This document shows, piece by piece, positions 1-64,000 of a DNA stretch of 64,000 nucleotides. This DNA comes from Tubiluchus corallicola (Eukaryota > Animalia > Priapulida), in the NCBI GenBank assembly GCA_030141605.1, contig JAQGDQ010000029.1:1-64000 (forward strand). Direction: 5' to 3'. A program made the position numbers and the translations under genes. The notes beneath the pieces are model-generated. The model saw only the letters and a list, made by a program, of their open reading frames with translations, did not search any database and had not been told where the DNA came from. Position 1 is the first letter of the stretch; every line of letters begins with the position of its first letter.

Positions 1-87
1 GTATACTGTTTCCTAATAAAAAACAGTTGTTTTTAACATGATTCGTCCAATAAATTCAAATCGATATAGTCTTAGATCAAACGATAG

Positions 88-617
<530 letters not shown>

Positions 618-1286
618 TGTGTGCTTGCAAACCAAAAACGTCCATAAGTTGGCATAGTTAAAACTACGTTATGATGCTTCAAAGTAGAATGCACCAGAAA
701 TTTTGTCAAATGTCACTTTTTGCTTTTTATAAAAACTAACGCTAAATATATTGGACTTTAATGTACTACCAGTCAAAATGTCAAGAAAATATTTAAAAAA
801 TACCATAAATCAAATTTTGTAACCCAGTACTCACTTTTCAGTCTAGAAATTAGTACTACAATTGAGAAGAACTTGTATTTTTGAACTCCGGCAGTAGCTC
901 ATGGAAGCAGTCATTTTGTTTCGGGTTTTTTGTGTCACCAAGCCCAGATCTTCATCAGGAAGAGCCATCTATTGGATTTAAACATAACATCAACGTGTTT
1001 TTGCAAAGTCTGTGGCAACCGCAACCAACATATGTATGGTTGTTAAGTGTTTTGTGGAAATGCAACAAAAAACAATGGCTAACTGTAACGATTATTTTCT
1101 CAAGATTATGTTTTCCAGTGCCCTAGCATGCATCTCATCTTTAACGTGGATTATCTCAGCTTAGAAATAACATAAAGCGATGAGATTGGTATTAAAATGA
1201 TCCTCATGAAATAGAGATTCAGGATATGTGAATAACTAGAAGAGCTTAATTGTCGACTTATGGACAATTTTACATGCAAGCACACA
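618..1286. mobile_element. non-autonomous TIR element, copy A
   Basis: Ends tgtgtgcttgca..cgtccataagt / acttatggac..tgcaagcacaca; a collinear copy lies at ~35012-35668. Confidence 0.8.
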
Positions 1287-1339
1287 TATTTATTACGTGA
1301 GATGCTAATTTTAAAACTTTAATTGTTCCATATTTTTAG

Positions 1340-62173
<60,834 letters not shown>

Positions 62174-63060
62174 TTTCATTAATTGTGAGAATTCTCAGGC
62201 TCCTAACCCCAATTTGTACTTTACCTCACTTGTTAAGAGGAATTCTTGCTGGCAGAGCATTAGCACCAAGAGAACCAATTACCACTATTTCCTACATCTA
62301 TTTTATAATGTAAAATTAATATTGTTGAGTTGTTGATTTTCGTAAAGCAAAAATTTAATTATTTAGCATTATTAAATTATTTTGTATCTTACTGTAGCTA
62401 CACAGTATGAGCAGTATTACAATTAAGTATGAATTAGACCTGTCTTGAGAAAAGAAGACTAATTTTTATACATTTCTATGTCTACAGATGTCATTATAAT
62501 AATTAATGGACTTGATTTGAAAAGTTTGAATGTTATGCTTTCACTCAGTAAAAAAATTTTGGTAGTAACTTTTGTTGTTTTATCATATCTACTTATTAAA
62601 GGCTAGTTTTCAATTGTGCCAAATTTGAGTTGTGATCATGATTGTGGAATGTGCAATAATGGAAAAAAATTTATTTATTGTAAAGTTGCAAATTTTTTAT
62701 AAATTATATACTAATTCATTTTTTTATAATGGAATTATATGCCAATTGATTTTTTTTATAATGGAATTATATATTAATTGATTTTTTTGTAATGATTTTG
62801 ATAATTTGAACAATTTTATGCAATTATTTTTGTATCTTTAAATGGTGTTATTGATTTGTTGTATTTTCTTAATTGACAATCAGTTTTATTTATCCACCAT
62901 AAATGCCATCTGGTGAGAGATTTACATTTTTCTTAGTAATCATTTTCATTTTGACAATTGCACATTGGTTGTACAGCAGTCTCTGTGTAGTAATAACAAT
63001 ACCTAACCGCAGAAGAGTGTAGCTTTGTTTGTGTTTATGCAAACACACCATGTCAATTGT

Positions 63061-63070
63061 AATAAATAAA
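63061..63070 (+). promoter_or_regulatory. candidate polyadenylation signal
   Basis: AATAAATAAA ~890 nt after the stop, followed ~30 nt later by a GT/T-rich tract (gggtgttctgttttc). Confidence 0.4.
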
Positions 63071-63412
63071 TCCATACAATGTTACCTATTTCGGGTGTTC
63101 TGTTTTCATTTATTCATAGTTAATATTGTAGCATGTAGTCCATTCTGTAAACAAACTTGAATTTTTCTCATAAGTAGCATTTTTGACTGTGTAAATGACC
63201 GTAGAGTAATTAGACGTTTCCTTTCATGTGGACCTCGGAAAGCTCAGGTGCTTTTAGACAGGATTTTCCTACATCTTTGCTGGATTGATCATAAACAGAC
63301 GTAAGTAAACTGTTTTTGCCAACAGATGGAAGAGTTTTGGGAAGATAAACAATTGTGATTTTTAAAAGTTCCATTTGTGACCACTGCATGCGGGGTATCT
63401 CTTGAAGACTTA

Positions 63413-63770
63413 AGCTACGACTCTACGTGCGCGTAATGCGTGATGTGTAATTCCTATACAACAGTTTTTATTTAAACATGTGGAAGTGGTTCCATCTGTA
63501 CATAATGAACAATCCGTAATGTATGATGTGTGATCTGTAGTCACTCAAACGTGATGGCTATTGTCTGAATACGCATCACGCAGCAATACGCAGACGGAAA
63601 TCGTTGCCTATGTGATTTAGCGAGTTTCCTCCACTATTATTCCTACATTTACGAACAGCAACCAAAATTGGCGGAAAGGACGCCATGAGCTGTGTTAAAT
63701 ACACATAGCATTCACGGACACATGGAAACAGCCAATACGGATTACAGATCACGCATTCGGAGTCGTAGCC
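63413..63770. mobile_element. PIF/Harbinger-like MITE
   Basis: TTA|agctacgactc..aatgcgtgatgtgtaat ... attacagatcacgcattcggagtcgtagcc|TTA (3-bp TSD). Confidence 0.75.
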
Positions 63771-64000
63771 TTATCCTCAACAACATGTGATAGTCAACAA
63801 ATAATGAAAATCTGGGAAAAGAGAGGTTTCAATGGTGACGGTGCTCAACGTGGGTCTGCCAATGCTGGATAATGGACATATTTGAAAAGCAAGCAACTGA
63901 GATGTCGCAAAGCATGAGAAGATACATGAATACAAGTTTGTCATGCTAAGATTGTAATGAAATGCTTACAAGAATATCTTTATAGGAAACCAGTCCACAA

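Overview
AT-rich eukaryotic (invertebrate-looking) genomic DNA. Almost the whole window (1340-62173, + strand) is the 3' part of one large spliced gene. I could chain 48 GT-AG exons by hand with consistent intron phases: 7,286 coding nt, about 2,430 aa, stop TAA at 62171-62173. The first exon starts in phase 1, so the N-terminus lies upstream of the window. Domain order: CCP/sushi x2 - CCP split by a ~165-aa insert - HYR x2 - CCP - SEA-like linker - ephrin-receptor-like Cys repeats x3 - EGF x14 - pentraxin/LamG - partial EGF - HYR - CCP - SEA-like linker with an RRRR furin site - ephrin-receptor-like x4 - EGF x2 - TM helix - ~85-aa tail with YHNIAY. This resembles Uninflatable (Uif) and SVEP1/polydom-type proteins; the TM anchor favours Uif-like. 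The introns are full of MITEs (hAT-, Tc1/pogo-, Kolobok- and Harbinger-like ends and TSDs), LINE/SINE remnants, minisatellites (60, 62, 56, 77, ~265 bp) and microsatellites. Most notable: (i) a linker-domain paralog nested inside a sushi domain; (ii) a 154-bp duplication that copies a splice acceptor and creates a decoy/poison exon; (iii) an in-frame candidate terminal exon running into a 60-bp minisatellite dense in AP-1/ARE motifs; (iv) a whole-module internal duplication. All domain and element names come from motif recognition by eye; no database searches were run.
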